From NCBI RefSeq assembly GCF_000010065.1, contig NC_006576.1, positions 2,550,001 through 2,582,000 of the forward strand: a stretch of 32,000 nucleotides of DNA, read 5' to 3'. Shown here piece after piece: positions 16,922-24,602 of the stretch. Every line of letters starts with the position of its first letter. The first letter of the stretch is position 1. The notes under the pieces are model-generated. The model was not told where the DNA came from, ran no database searches, and saw only the letters and a program-made list of their open reading frames with translations. The translations under genes and the position numbers were made by a program. Origin of the DNA: Synechococcus elongatus PCC 6301. GTDB lineage: Bacteria; Cyanobacteriota; Cyanobacteriia; Synechococcales; Synechococcaceae.

Positions 16922-17974
16922 CTAGCGGCCGGCGACCGCCTGCTGGACCTTGTCAGACCAGCCGCCGCCACCAAAGAACTCCGGTTGGACCTTCGCCCAG
17001 CCACCTAAATCTGCGACGGTAAACCAAGTTTGAATCTTCAGAAATGGGGCCAGCAGCTGAGGATCAACTCCCTCGGGCAGAGCTGGACGGAAACCGACTT
17101 TGGCAAACTCTGCTTGGGCTTCGGGAGTGAACAAGAACTGCACAAAGGCCTCGCTCACTTTGCGAGTACCGTGCTTATCCGTGTAGGTATCGACGACCGC
17201 TACTGGCCCCTGAATATTGATATTGACTGGCGGAATCGCGTAATCGACTTTCTCGCCTTTCTGTTGAGCCAGAATGAGTTCGTTTTCATAGTTGAGCAAA
17301 ACATCAGCTTGCCCCTTGGTGAAAACGTCAGTCGATTCCCGTGCATCTTTGGCCAAGATTGGCACGTTCTTGTAGATATCAGTCGTGAACTGAAGGGCTT
17401 GCTCTTCTGTGCCACCGGTCTGAGTGACAGAGCCCCAAGCCCCGAGGAAATTCCAGCGAGCCCCGCCAGAGGTTTTAGGATTTGCCGTCACAATCCGAAC
17501 GCCGGGCTTGGTCAGATCAGTCCAATCTTTGATGCCCTTGGGATTGCCTTCTTGGGTCACCAAAGCCACAACTGAATTGGTGATGATGCCGTTATTGGGA
17601 ACCCGTTGTTGCCAGCCAGGCTGAATTAGGCCAGCTTTCTCGATTTGGTTGATGTCGGATTCTAAGGCAAGCGCGACAACATCAGCTTCGAGGCCATCAA
17701 TAACCGCGCGGGTTTGCGAGCCTGAACCGCCATAGCTTTGGTTAAACCGCACCTCTTGGCCGGTCTTTTCTGTCCACTGAGCGGCAAATTTGGGAATGAT
17801 CTGCTCGTAGGCCGCTTGGGTGACTGCGTAGGAAACCAGCGTGACTTCAACGGGTTGACCGCTACCACCGGAAGAAGATTGATTGTTACCGCCGCAAGCT
17901 GCGATCGTGATCACAGTGGCTGTGGCCAAAGCAGCAGATTGGAGAAAGGAGCGGCGAGTCCAGGCAGTCTTCAT
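16922..17974 (-). CDS. sbpA: Periplasmic sulfate-binding protein SbpA (Tat-type signal plus lipobox)
   Basis: MKTAWTRRSFLQSAALATATVITIAACGG carries a twin-arginine motif followed by a lipobox Cys. The Sbp family core is VEVTLVSYAVTQAAYEQIIPKFAAQW...SYGGSGSQTRAVIDGLEADV...NPKTSGGARW. The ATG at 17974 has AAGGA upstream and is preferred over the TTG at 18001. Confidence 0.93.
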   Translation of the reverse strand: MKTAWTRRSFLQSAALATATVITIAACGGNNQSSSGGSGQPVEVTLVSYAVTQAAYEQIIPKFAAQWTEKTGQEVRFNQSYGGSGSQTRAVIDGLEADVVALALESDINQIEKAGLIQPGWQQRVPNNGIITNSVVALVTQEGNPKGIKDWTDLTKPGVRIVTANPKTSGGARWNFLGAWGSVTQTGGTEEQALQFTTDIYKNVPILAKDARESTDVFTKGQADVLLNYENELILAQQKGEKVDYAIPPVNINIQGPVAVVDTYTDKHGTRKVSEAFVQFLFTPEAQAEFAKVGFRPALPEGVDPQLLAPFLKIQTWFTVADLGGWAKVQPEFFGGGGWSDKVQQAVAGR

Positions 17975-18040
17975 GGGTCCTTGGAGAAATGGGGCTGGCA
18001 ATCAGCTGAGACAGGGAGCAAGGGTTACAGCGGAGGAAGC

Positions 18041-18074
18041 AATCTACGGTATTTTTTCGGGGATACCGTAGATT
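18041..18074. promoter_or_regulatory. Perfect 12-bp inverted repeat in the sbpA/cysA divergent promoter region (candidate operator or back-to-back -10 elements)
   Basis: AATCTACGGTAT (18041-18052), a 10-nt spacer, then ATACCGTAGATT (18063-18074). Each outer end reads TAGATT (TAnnnT) pointing towards the flanking gene. A second palindrome, CACTG-TGCG-CAGTG (18078-18091), and TATCAT (18092-18097) follow. Confidence 0.5.
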
Positions 18075-18191
18075 TTTCACTGTGCGCAGTGTATCATGCC
18101 AGACATAAGGTGCAACTAAATTCTCCTAAATTTCCTTGTAGAAACCGGAGATTGTTGCCAGTCCGCATTGTGCGTGCCGAAGGATAAAGCT

Positions 18192-19208
18192 GTGGGTATC
18201 CAAGTCAGTCAGGTCAGTAAGCAGTTTGGGAGTTTCCAAGCCGTCAAGGATGTAGATCTGACGGTGGAAACCGGCAGCTTGGTTGCTCTGTTGGGGCCGT
18301 CGGGCTCGGGGAAATCCACGCTACTGCGCCTGATTGCGGGGCTAGAACAACCTGATAGCGGGCGAATTTTTTTGACTGGGCGCGATGCAACCAATGAATC
18401 GGTGCGCGATCGCCAAATCGGTTTTGTTTTCCAGCACTACGCACTGTTCAAGCATCTAACGGTGCGTAAAAACATTGCCTTTGGTTTGGAACTGCGCAAG
18501 CACACGAAGGAAAAAGTCCGGGCTCGCGTAGAAGAGTTGCTGGAACTCGTGCAGCTGACAGGGTTGGGCGATCGCTATCCATCTCAGTTGTCGGGCGGGC
18601 AGCGGCAGCGGGTTGCCTTGGCGCGGGCCTTAGCGGTTCAACCCCAAGTCTTGCTCTTGGATGAGCCCTTTGGTGCCTTGGATGCCAAGGTGCGTAAGGA
18701 CCTTCGTAGCTGGCTGCGCAAGCTGCACGACGAAGTGCACGTGACGACAGTGTTTGTTACCCACGACCAAGAAGAAGCAATGGAAGTGGCTGACCAAATT
18801 GTTGTTATGAACCACGGCAAAGTAGAACAAATTGGGTCGCCTGCGGAAATCTACGACAACCCCGCTACCCCGTTTGTGATGAGCTTTATCGGGCCAGTCA
18901 ATGTCCTACCCAACAGTTCCCACATTTTCCAAGCAGGCGGTCTAGATACGCCTCACCCAGAAGTCTTTCTGCGTCCCCACGACATCGAAATTGCGATCGA
19001 TCCGATTCCCGAAACCGTGCCGGCTCGCATCGATCGCATTGTCCATTTGGGTTGGGAAGTGCAGGCTGAAGTCCGTCTTGAGGATGGCCAAGTTTTGGTT
19101 GCCCATTTACCCCGCGATCGCTATCGGGATTTGCAACTGGAGCCAGAACAACAGGTGTTTGTACGCCCCAAACAAGCGCGATCGTTCCCGCTCAACTACT
19201 CGATTTAG
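18192..19208 (+). CDS. cysA: Sulfate/thiosulfate ABC transporter ATP-binding protein CysA
   Basis: Walker [10 protein letters not shown], signature [15 protein letters not shown], Walker [13 protein letters not shown]-loop FVTHD, and a C-terminal TOBE-like regulatory domain. The GTG at 18192 is preceded by AGGATAAAG and is preferred over the TTG at 18168. Confidence 0.95.
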   Translation: MGIQVSQVSKQFGSFQAVKDVDLTVETGSLVALLGPSGSGKSTLLRLIAGLEQPDSGRIFLTGRDATNESVRDRQIGFVFQHYALFKHLTVRKNIAFGLELRKHTKEKVRARVEELLELVQLTGLGDRYPSQLSGGQRQRVALARALAVQPQVLLLDEPFGALDAKVRKDLRSWLRKLHDEVHVTTVFVTHDQEEAMEVADQIVVMNHGKVEQIGSPAEIYDNPATPFVMSFIGPVNVLPNSSHIFQAGGLDTPHPEVFLRPHDIEIAIDPIPETVPARIDRIVHLGWEVQAEVRLEDGQVLVAHLPRDRYRDLQLEPEQQVFVRPKQARSFPLNYSI

Positions 19209-19291
19209 TCTGCTCAAACAGTTCATCGGAGTGCATGATCAGGCTGCGATCGCAGTGATTCCAGCAAGTCGACATTGACCTTGGCAGTGAA

Positions 19292-19313
19292 CACCTCACA
19301 GCGTGTTGAGGTG
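19292..19313 (+). terminator. Weak stem-loop downstream of cysA
   Basis: CACCTCA (19292-19298) pairs with TGAGGTG (19307-19313) across an 8-nt loop, followed by TTTGGG. The T-tract is short, so the call is tentative. Confidence 0.35.
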
Positions 19314-19378
19314 TTTGGGTCGAATGGTTGAACTCAAGGCGGAACGATCGCTAGTTGCTCTCCCTCACTCAAACTAAA

Positions 19379-19415
19379 GGCTGGTGTCGAATCCTGACGA
19401 TCCAACCCACCAGCC
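19379..19415 (-). terminator. Stem-loop downstream of psb28
   Basis: GGCTGGTG (19379-19386) pairs with CACCAGCC (19408-19415). On the minus strand it is followed by TTTAGTTTGAG. The loop is large (21 nt). Confidence 0.45.
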
Positions 19416-19459
19416 TTCCGTTGTTGCGAGCCGATTGGCTCCCGCACTATTTCAGGGTT

Positions 19460-19798
19460 CTAAGCTTCTGTGAAACCTAAACCGTTCGCTTCGGCATAGC
19501 GCTGCATAAACCGCATAAAGCGATCCCATTCTTCGGGGCTGCGCATCAGGTAAACCGCTTCTAGACCCGCTGGTTGACCGTTAATGAATTTGGCCTTGAC
19601 TTCCCGTGTGGCTAGCTCACCTTCATCGTCGAGCAGATACATGCCAGTGATGTCTTGGCGAACCTCGCCCACCAAAGCTTGGGGCTCATCGAAGTAGAAG
19701 GTTGCGGTGCCGTTTTGGCCATCGCGCGATCGTGTCAAACGGACATCAGGAACGACGGGTTCGTCAATTCCACGCGTGAACTGGATCGCAGCGGACAT
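19460..19798 (-). CDS. psb28: Photosystem II assembly/reaction-centre protein Psb28
   Basis: [39 protein letters not shown]...[32 protein letters not shown]...[22 protein letters not shown] is very close to Synechocystis Psb28 (Sll1398), as recalled. Confidence 0.93.
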   Translation of the reverse strand: MSAAIQFTRGIDEPVVPDVRLTRSRDGQNGTATFYFDEPQALVGEVRQDITGMYLLDDEGELATREVKAKFINGQPAGLEAVYLMRSPEEWDRFMRFMQRYAEANGLGFTEA

Positions 19799-19980
19799 AG
19801 TAGTAGCGGGGTTTCAGAACGGTTCTCTCATCATACAAGGCCGATCCCCAGCCACCCTGTCGGGGTCCAGTGGCGGCGATCGCTTCACCCTAGGCTGTGC
19901 AAATCCCCAGCTTCCTCGCTGGCTTGCCTAGACTAGAGGCAGTGCGACTTTGCTCGCTGCTCTGCTTTCTGCGTGAACCC

Positions 19981-20439
19981 ATGACCCTGTGGTCTCGTTG
20001 TCGTCGAGCCGTTGCGCTCGTTTTGGTTACCTTGCTCTCTACTGCGCTCGTTGCCTGCGGCGGCCCCACGGCAGCGACTGTGCCGACCTACAGCGACAGC
20101 CAAATTCTGCAAATCGAAAAATCCCAAGCCAATCTGCAAGCGGTGCGCGATCGCTTTCCAGAGTTGGATCAACTGATTGCTGCTGAAAACTGGACTTTCG
20201 TCCGCAACTTCATCCGGGGCCCGCTGGGCGATGTGCGTCGAGAAACCGCGACACTCAGCCGTACTTTTCTTGATCCTGCCTTGAAAGCAGAAACTGCTGA
20301 GACGGCCCAAGCGCTGTTTAATCACCTAATCGCTTTGGATGATGCAGCCAAAGACGGGGATGTCCGTCGGGCTCGCGAGCAGTTCCAAGAAGCGATCGTG
20401 GATTTCGACGCTTTCTTGCAAGCAATCCCAACCCTCTAG
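19981..20439 (+). CDS. psbQ: CyanoQ (PsbQ-like) lumenal PSII lipoprotein
   Basis: The signal peptide ends in the lipobox LVAC-G. The mature part is a four-helix-bundle-like sequence (...NWTFVRNFIRGPLGDVRRE...AQALFNHLIALDDAAKDGDVRRAREQFQEAIVDFDAFL) typical of PsbQ/CyanoQ. The ATG at 19981 is preferred over the track start at 19897. Confidence 0.75.
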   Translation: MTLWSRCRRAVALVLVTLLSTALVACGGPTAATVPTYSDSQILQIEKSQANLQAVRDRFPELDQLIAAENWTFVRNFIRGPLGDVRRETATLSRTFLDPALKAETAETAQALFNHLIALDDAAKDGDVRRAREQFQEAIVDFDAFLQAIPTL

Positions 20440-20452
20440 GCGATCGCAGCGG

Positions 20453-21550
20453 ATGACTCCCGAGCGGTTGATCATCATCGGTGCTGGTGCGATCGGGGCT
20501 TGCTTAGCCTACGAGCTCAGTGCCGATCCGCGCTATCAGATCACCGTCATCGATCAGGCGGCTGGCCCAGCAACCGGTGCAACCGGTGCTGCTCTGGGGG
20601 TCCTGATCGGCGTCCTTTGTCAGCGCACCAAGGGCCGTTTTTGGCAGTTGCGTCAGCGCACCCTAGCTCGCTATCAAAGCTTGATTCCTGAACTAGAAGC
20701 GGCGATCGGTCAGCCCATTCCAGGCCATTCCGGTCTACTAAAGCTGGTCATGGATCCGGCGGAACGACCCGGCTGGGAGCAGCTGCAAGCGATCCGTCGC
20801 CAGCAGGGTTACGACTTGGAACTGTGGGATCCCTCTGAACTGCACGATCGCATCCCCGGTGTGGTGGCCGATCCATTCGCCCTCGCCGTCTGGTCGCCCT
20901 ACGATCGCCAGATTGATCCCACTGCGCTGACACAGGCGTTGGTGACTACGGCGCAGCAACGGGGGGTCGAGTTTTGCTTCAACCAGCCGGTGCAAAACCT
21001 GCAGCGATCGGGCGATCGTGAAATTGTCGTCAATGATCGCGCTTGTGATTGGCTGATCCTCAGTGCGGGCTTGGGCTCAACAGCGATTGCACAGCAACTC
21101 GGGCTGGAATTACCGATGCAACCCGTTATGGGACAAGCGTTGCGGATGCGCTGGCCAAATGATCGTTGGCCTCAACAGGTGATCACTGCCGAAGATATTC
21201 ACCTTGTGCCCCTGGGCGATCGCGAGTTTTGGCTCGGGGCGACGGTGGAAATTCCACCAGATCAAATTGCGATCGCGCCGCAACCGGAATACCTAGAAAT
21301 GCTGCGATCGCGGGCTGAACAATTCTGGCCCGATCTCAAGCAAGCGGAAGTGCTGCAGGCGTGGCAAGGCTATCGCCCACGCCCACTGGGGCGACCAGCG
21401 CCGGTGATTGAGCGCCTGACGGACTGGCCCAATGTGATTGTGGCGACGGCTCACTATCGCAATGGGCTGTTGCTAGCGCCGGTGACGGCTGCAATCGTCC
21501 AGGAACTGTTGGCGACTGCAGTGCCCCCGTCCAGCCCTGCCATGATCTAA
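20453..21550 (+). CDS. FAD-dependent oxidoreductase of the DAO family (glycine oxidase ThiO-like)
   Basis: The ATG at 20453 gives MTPERLIIIGAGAIGACLAYELS, a GxGxxG dinucleotide fold. The C-terminal ATAHYRNGLLLAPVTAAIV resembles the ThiO/DAO GHYRNGILLAP motif. The track start at 20339 would overlap psbQ. Confidence 0.72.
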   Translation: MTPERLIIIGAGAIGACLAYELSADPRYQITVIDQAAGPATGATGAALGVLIGVLCQRTKGRFWQLRQRTLARYQSLIPELEAAIGQPIPGHSGLLKLVMDPAERPGWEQLQAIRRQQGYDLELWDPSELHDRIPGVVADPFALAVWSPYDRQIDPTALTQALVTTAQQRGVEFCFNQPVQNLQRSGDREIVVNDRACDWLILSAGLGSTAIAQQLGLELPMQPVMGQALRMRWPNDRWPQQVITAEDIHLVPLGDREFWLGATVEIPPDQIAIAPQPEYLEMLRSRAEQFWPDLKQAEVLQAWQGYRPRPLGRPAPVIERLTDWPNVIVATAHYRNGLLLAPVTAAIVQELLATAVPPSSPAMI

Positions 21551-21580
21551 CCTGACAGCTATCCCCCCTTAAGCACCCCG

Positions 21581-22234
21581 ATGGCCGCTGCCCTCGATCC
21601 TCAGCAATTGATTCAGCTGCCTGTGATGGGTGCGCTGCTCCGGCGAGCTGTCAGTGATGGTATTCGCTGGGCCGATCGCCTAATGGCTGAAGCCGCGGAT
21701 CCCAGTGATCGCCAGCAACTCTGCGATCGAGTTATTACCAATAGCGCCTTGCGAACAGCCGGTTGGAGCACGATCGCTGGCTTGGGTGGCCCACTGACCT
21801 TACTGGCTGGCTTGTCGTTTGATGCAGGCCAAACCCTCTACGGCCAAGTGAGGTTGGCGGCGGCGCTATTCCGTATCCATGGCGTCGAGCTGGACGATCG
21901 CCGGCATTTACCGCTGTTGATGGCTGCTGCCGCTGGCATTGGGGTCGCAGAACTTGCGGCGCTGATTGGAAGTCAGTTGATGCGTAACGCCATTCACCAA
22001 GTTCTGGGCCAGTTGTCGAAAGCGGCGATGGAACAAACCTTGACGACGCTGGGCAGTCGTCTACTGGCACGGGCGGCTGCCTCCTCTGTATCTAGCTTGA
22101 TTCCGGTGGCTGGGGCGATCGCCAGTGGCGGTGTCAGCGCAGCCTTGATGGTGGCCAGCGGCCGCAATATCCGCAATTTCCTCAGTGATTACGCCAGCCT
22201 GCAGATGGTCACCGTTGAAGTAATCGAAAGCTGA
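21581..22234 (+). CDS. Hypothetical protein, possibly EcsC-family
   Basis: 217 aa. ALRTAGWSTIAGLGGPLTLLAGLSFDAGQTLYGQVRLAAALFRIHGVELDD resembles the EcsC core pattern (aGa.tG.gG...l..D.......q.rl...IA..yG.dl.d). This rests on pattern memory only; no HMM was run. Confidence 0.4.
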   Translation: MAAALDPQQLIQLPVMGALLRRAVSDGIRWADRLMAEAADPSDRQQLCDRVITNSALRTAGWSTIAGLGGPLTLLAGLSFDAGQTLYGQVRLAAALFRIHGVELDDRRHLPLLMAAAAGIGVAELAALIGSQLMRNAIHQVLGQLSKAAMEQTLTTLGSRLLARAAASSVSSLIPVAGAIASGGVSAALMVASGRNIRNFLSDYASLQMVTVEVIES

Positions 22235-22283
22235 CATCAGAGCCCAAAGCGAGTGGCAGACTAGGGGCAGAGAGGATAGAACT

Positions 22284-22769
22284 ATGGCCGATCGCTACAA
22301 CCTCGAAGATGTGCAGGAAATTCTGCAGCGAGCGATCGCGCGATCGACAGCGCAAGATGAGTTCAGCGCTCAGCAGCTCCAGGAAATGGCAGCCGAATTG
22401 GGCATTTCCCCTGATGAACTCCGGGCTGCCGAGACAGATTGGCGCAGTTTGCAACTGCAGAATCAAGAGCAGACGGACTTTGATCAGCTGCGCTGGCAGC
22501 GCTGGAATGATCAGGCTATCCGGTTTTTGATTGTCAATGCTGGCCTGATTCTGCTCAACTGGGTCACCACCCAAGGGCTGGGTTGGAGTCTCTACATTTT
22601 GGTGCCTTGGACTATTGGCCTCCTCCTGAGCTTCTGGCAAACCTGGAAGCCAGCGCCCGAGGTCTACGAGAAGGAGTTCCAGTCCTGGCGACGGCAACGG
22701 CAATTACGCAAATCCCTAGGGCGGTGGATCGATCGCTGGCTCCTACCAACGCGATCGCTGAATCGATAA
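22284..22769 (+). CDS. Conserved cyanobacterial hypothetical protein with a C-terminal 2-TM hairpin (2TM-domain-like)
   Basis: 161 aa. The N-terminal soluble segment is YNLEDVQEILQRAIARS...QLQEMAAELGISPDELRAAE. Two hydrophobic helices follow (FLIVNAGLILLNWV, WSLYILVPWTIGLLLSFW), then a basic tail. Confidence 0.5.
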   Translation: MADRYNLEDVQEILQRAIARSTAQDEFSAQQLQEMAAELGISPDELRAAETDWRSLQLQNQEQTDFDQLRWQRWNDQAIRFLIVNAGLILLNWVTTQGLGWSLYILVPWTIGLLLSFWQTWKPAPEVYEKEFQSWRRQRQLRKSLGRWIDRWLLPTRSLNR

Positions 22770-22883
22770 CCTTAGCCGATGGCGATCATCACCATTTCCA
22801 ACGACTCCCTACGCTGGAATCGATAGACCAGATTCTATAATTCACCTAGAGACCGTAGAGACATATTCCTGCCAGAGGTTGCT

Positions 22884-23195
22884 ATGTCCGAAGAGACAAC
22901 GCCCCGCACTACTCGACGCAGCCGCACGGCAGCAAATCCCGAAGAAGCCCTGACACTTGCAGCCCAGCCCGTGGATCTGGAGCCTAAATCCAGCCTGCAA
23001 CTGCCCCAAAATCGGCCGATTTCGCCCTCGTCAATCGAAGTGGCTAAAACGGTTGCGATCGCGGGTCGCCGTCCGATCGCCCGTTGGGAAGCCCCCGACA
23101 ATCGCAATCTGCGCCAAGCTCCGAAGCTGTTCAATCGCCCGATCGCTTCCAATGAGCCGGAAGATGCAGCGAGCCTGATGGGTTACCTCGACTAA
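22884..23195 (+). CDS. Small Pro/Glu/Arg-rich, probably disordered protein with three (N/R)RPI(S/A) repeats
   Basis: 103 aa. The repeats are LPQNRPISPSS (codons from 23001), AGRRPIARWEAP and LFNRPIASNEP. Its stop TAA (23193-23195) abuts the ATG of the next ORF (TAAATG). The sequence is low-complexity, so the coding call is moderate. Confidence 0.5.
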   Translation: MSEETTPRTTRRSRTAANPEEALTLAAQPVDLEPKSSLQLPQNRPISPSSIEVAKTVAIAGRRPIARWEAPDNRNLRQAPKLFNRPIASNEPEDAASLMGYLD

Positions 23196-23861
23196 ATGGC
23201 CTCGGATTCAGCGGTTTGGCTGCGGCGTCTCCCCCTGATTGCTGGTGCGATCGGGGGGACGTTGTTGATGGTCAACCGGGCGCTTACCCCCGAGCTACTG
23301 CCCACTCAATCGCGATCAGATGCCCTCGGGATCTTGCTCAGCGCCCTGTTGATTTTGAGTGGATTGCTCTGGCAACGCGTTCAGCCCGTGCCACCTGAGA
23401 TGGTCGTGCTGGAGGGAGAAGAGGGTTTTGAACTCGATGACCAGTTGCCAGAAGCGAGCCGTCAGGAATTAGCTTGGGCGTCCAAGCTGCTATTGACCAA
23501 TACGATCACTGGCTCCCTGCTGATTTGGTACGACGGTCAGGTGCTGCTGCGGCGCGGGATTTTAGCCCCGCCGGTGCCGGTTCAGCCCGGTCCGATTGTC
23601 GAGCGCGTGCTGAAAACCGGTAAGGCCGTCTACTTGGTTGATCTCAAGCTCTATCCAGGCCGAATTGAGTTCAATTACTTGCCCGCAAATAGTCAGGGCT
23701 TGATCTGTCAGCCGTTGGGCAATCGCGGTGTGTTGCTGCTTGCTGCCCGCGCTCCCCGCAGCTACACCCAGCAGGACGAGCGTTGGATTGCGGGCATTGC
23801 CGACAAACTGGATCAATCACTGAGCCGGAGTGCCGCTGCGATCGCCGTAGAACAGCCGTAG
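23196..23861 (+). CDS. Membrane protein with two N-terminal TM helices and a GAF-like C-terminal domain (architecture reminiscent of DUF2930 / CCB2-CCB4 family)
   Basis: The TM helices are LPLIAGAIGGTLLMV and ALGILLSALLILSGLLW. The C-terminal part, VERVLKTGKAVYLVDLKLYPGRIEFNYLPANSQGLICQPLGNRGVLLLAARAPRSYTQQDERWIAGIADKL, looks like the end of a GAF fold. The family name is unverified. Confidence 0.45.
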   Translation: MASDSAVWLRRLPLIAGAIGGTLLMVNRALTPELLPTQSRSDALGILLSALLILSGLLWQRVQPVPPEMVVLEGEEGFELDDQLPEASRQELAWASKLLLTNTITGSLLIWYDGQVLLRRGILAPPVPVQPGPIVERVLKTGKAVYLVDLKLYPGRIEFNYLPANSQGLICQPLGNRGVLLLAARAPRSYTQQDERWIAGIADKLDQSLSRSAAAIAVEQP

Positions 23862-24542
23862 ACTTTCCAGATCGCCAACAAATCGCCAGTGCCAAGGTTC
23901 GTAGCTGACCTGCTGCAAATTATTGCGGGGAAAAGATAGCTCAAAGCTAAAACGTTTGGCATTGGCCTGAAGCCAGCGAAAGGCAGCCGTTTGCTCGAAC
24001 GTGGTTTCGAGATGGGTGGCGGGCTGATCGGCAGCGCCGATATCGATCGCATAGCCGGTGTGGTGCTCGCTATAGCCGGGCGGCGCACTGACGCTCGCGC
24101 GCTCGGTCACACTTTGATTGCGCTCGGCTTTCACATCAAAAAAAAGAGCTTCCTGATCTTTCTTGGAGCGAAAGCCTGAGAGCGGCACCAGTCGAACGCC
24201 CTCACGGGCCGCCGCCGCTTGTAACTCGTCAAAGGCTTTTGCAGCCGGCGATCGCAGACGGATGGCGGCATTGCTAGCCAAGGGCGTCAGGCTTTCAGGT
24301 GCTGCATCGGCGTAGGGGCGATGTCCCAACAAGGAGTTGGGAGTAGCAGCCGTCGACTCGGCTGGTGTTTCGACCCCTTCTGGGGTCGGAGAGGACCGCT
24401 GAACGATCGCCCAAGCGCCGATCGCGATCGCGGCAACCGCCCCTCCCACCACCCAAGGCAGGAGCCGATTCGTCCGTGCTTTGGCAGTTGGCACCTCGCT
24501 GCGGATGGCAACGGGCACGTCGTCATCGTACTGAAAACCCAT
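23817..24542 (-). CDS. VanY-type D-alanyl-D-alanine carboxypeptidase (peptidase M15B), membrane-anchored
   Basis: The TM anchor is LLPWVVGGAVAAIAIGAWAIV. The catalytic motifs are SGFRSKKDQ, PGYSEHHTGYAIDI and SYEPWHWRFVG (H-x6-D ... H metal ligands). The start is either ATG 24542 or TTG 24563. Confidence 0.8.
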   Translation of the reverse strand: MGFQYDDDVPVAIRSEVPTAKARTNRLLPWVVGGAVAAIAIGAWAIVQRSSPTPEGVETPAESTAATPNSLLGHRPYADAAPESLTPLASNAAIRLRSPAAKAFDELQAAAAREGVRLVPLSGFRSKKDQEALFFDVKAERNQSVTERASVSAPPGYSEHHTGYAIDIGAADQPATHLETTFEQTAAFRWLQANAKRFSFELSFPRNNLQQVSYEPWHWRFVGDLESLRLFYGDRSGTPAQ

Positions 24543-24602
24543 AGCAGACAGGATATCGGACAATCTGCTGAGCGGCTCTGTTTAGCTGAAGTTGTCGGTT
24601 AC

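Noticed and set aside
16549-17004. Track ORF 16549-17004(-), bridging the sbpA stop and the cysT start.
   Set aside because: It is out of frame with both well-supported genes and has an Arg/Ser/Pro-rich translation. The real intergenic gap of 16848-16921 is short.
19379-19415. The segment GGTGTCGAATCCTGA resembles a tRNA T-loop (TTCGAATCC).
   Set aside because: The flanking bases do not form a 5-bp T-stem. There is no acceptor, D-arm or anticodon-arm arrangement. It is better explained as the loop of the psb28 terminator hairpin.
20339-20452. An N-terminal extension of the flavoprotein ORF (track start 20339) overlapping the psbQ 3' end.
   Set aside because: The extension (MMQPKTGMSVGLASSSKKRSW...) is out-of-frame reading of psbQ. 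The GxGxxG fold begins right after the ATG at 20453, which lies 11 nt past the psbQ stop.
22209-23152. Minus-strand ORFs 22209-22703 (164 aa) and 22835-23152 (105 aa), antisense to the 2TM-protein and repeat-protein genes.
   Set aside because: The + strand alternatives show a recognisable architecture: a soluble helical N-terminus with a 2-TM hairpin, and TAAATG coupling to the next gene. The minus-strand translations are Arg/Ser/Gly/Leu-rich with no features. Strand choice for the 103-aa disordered protein remains only moderately certain.
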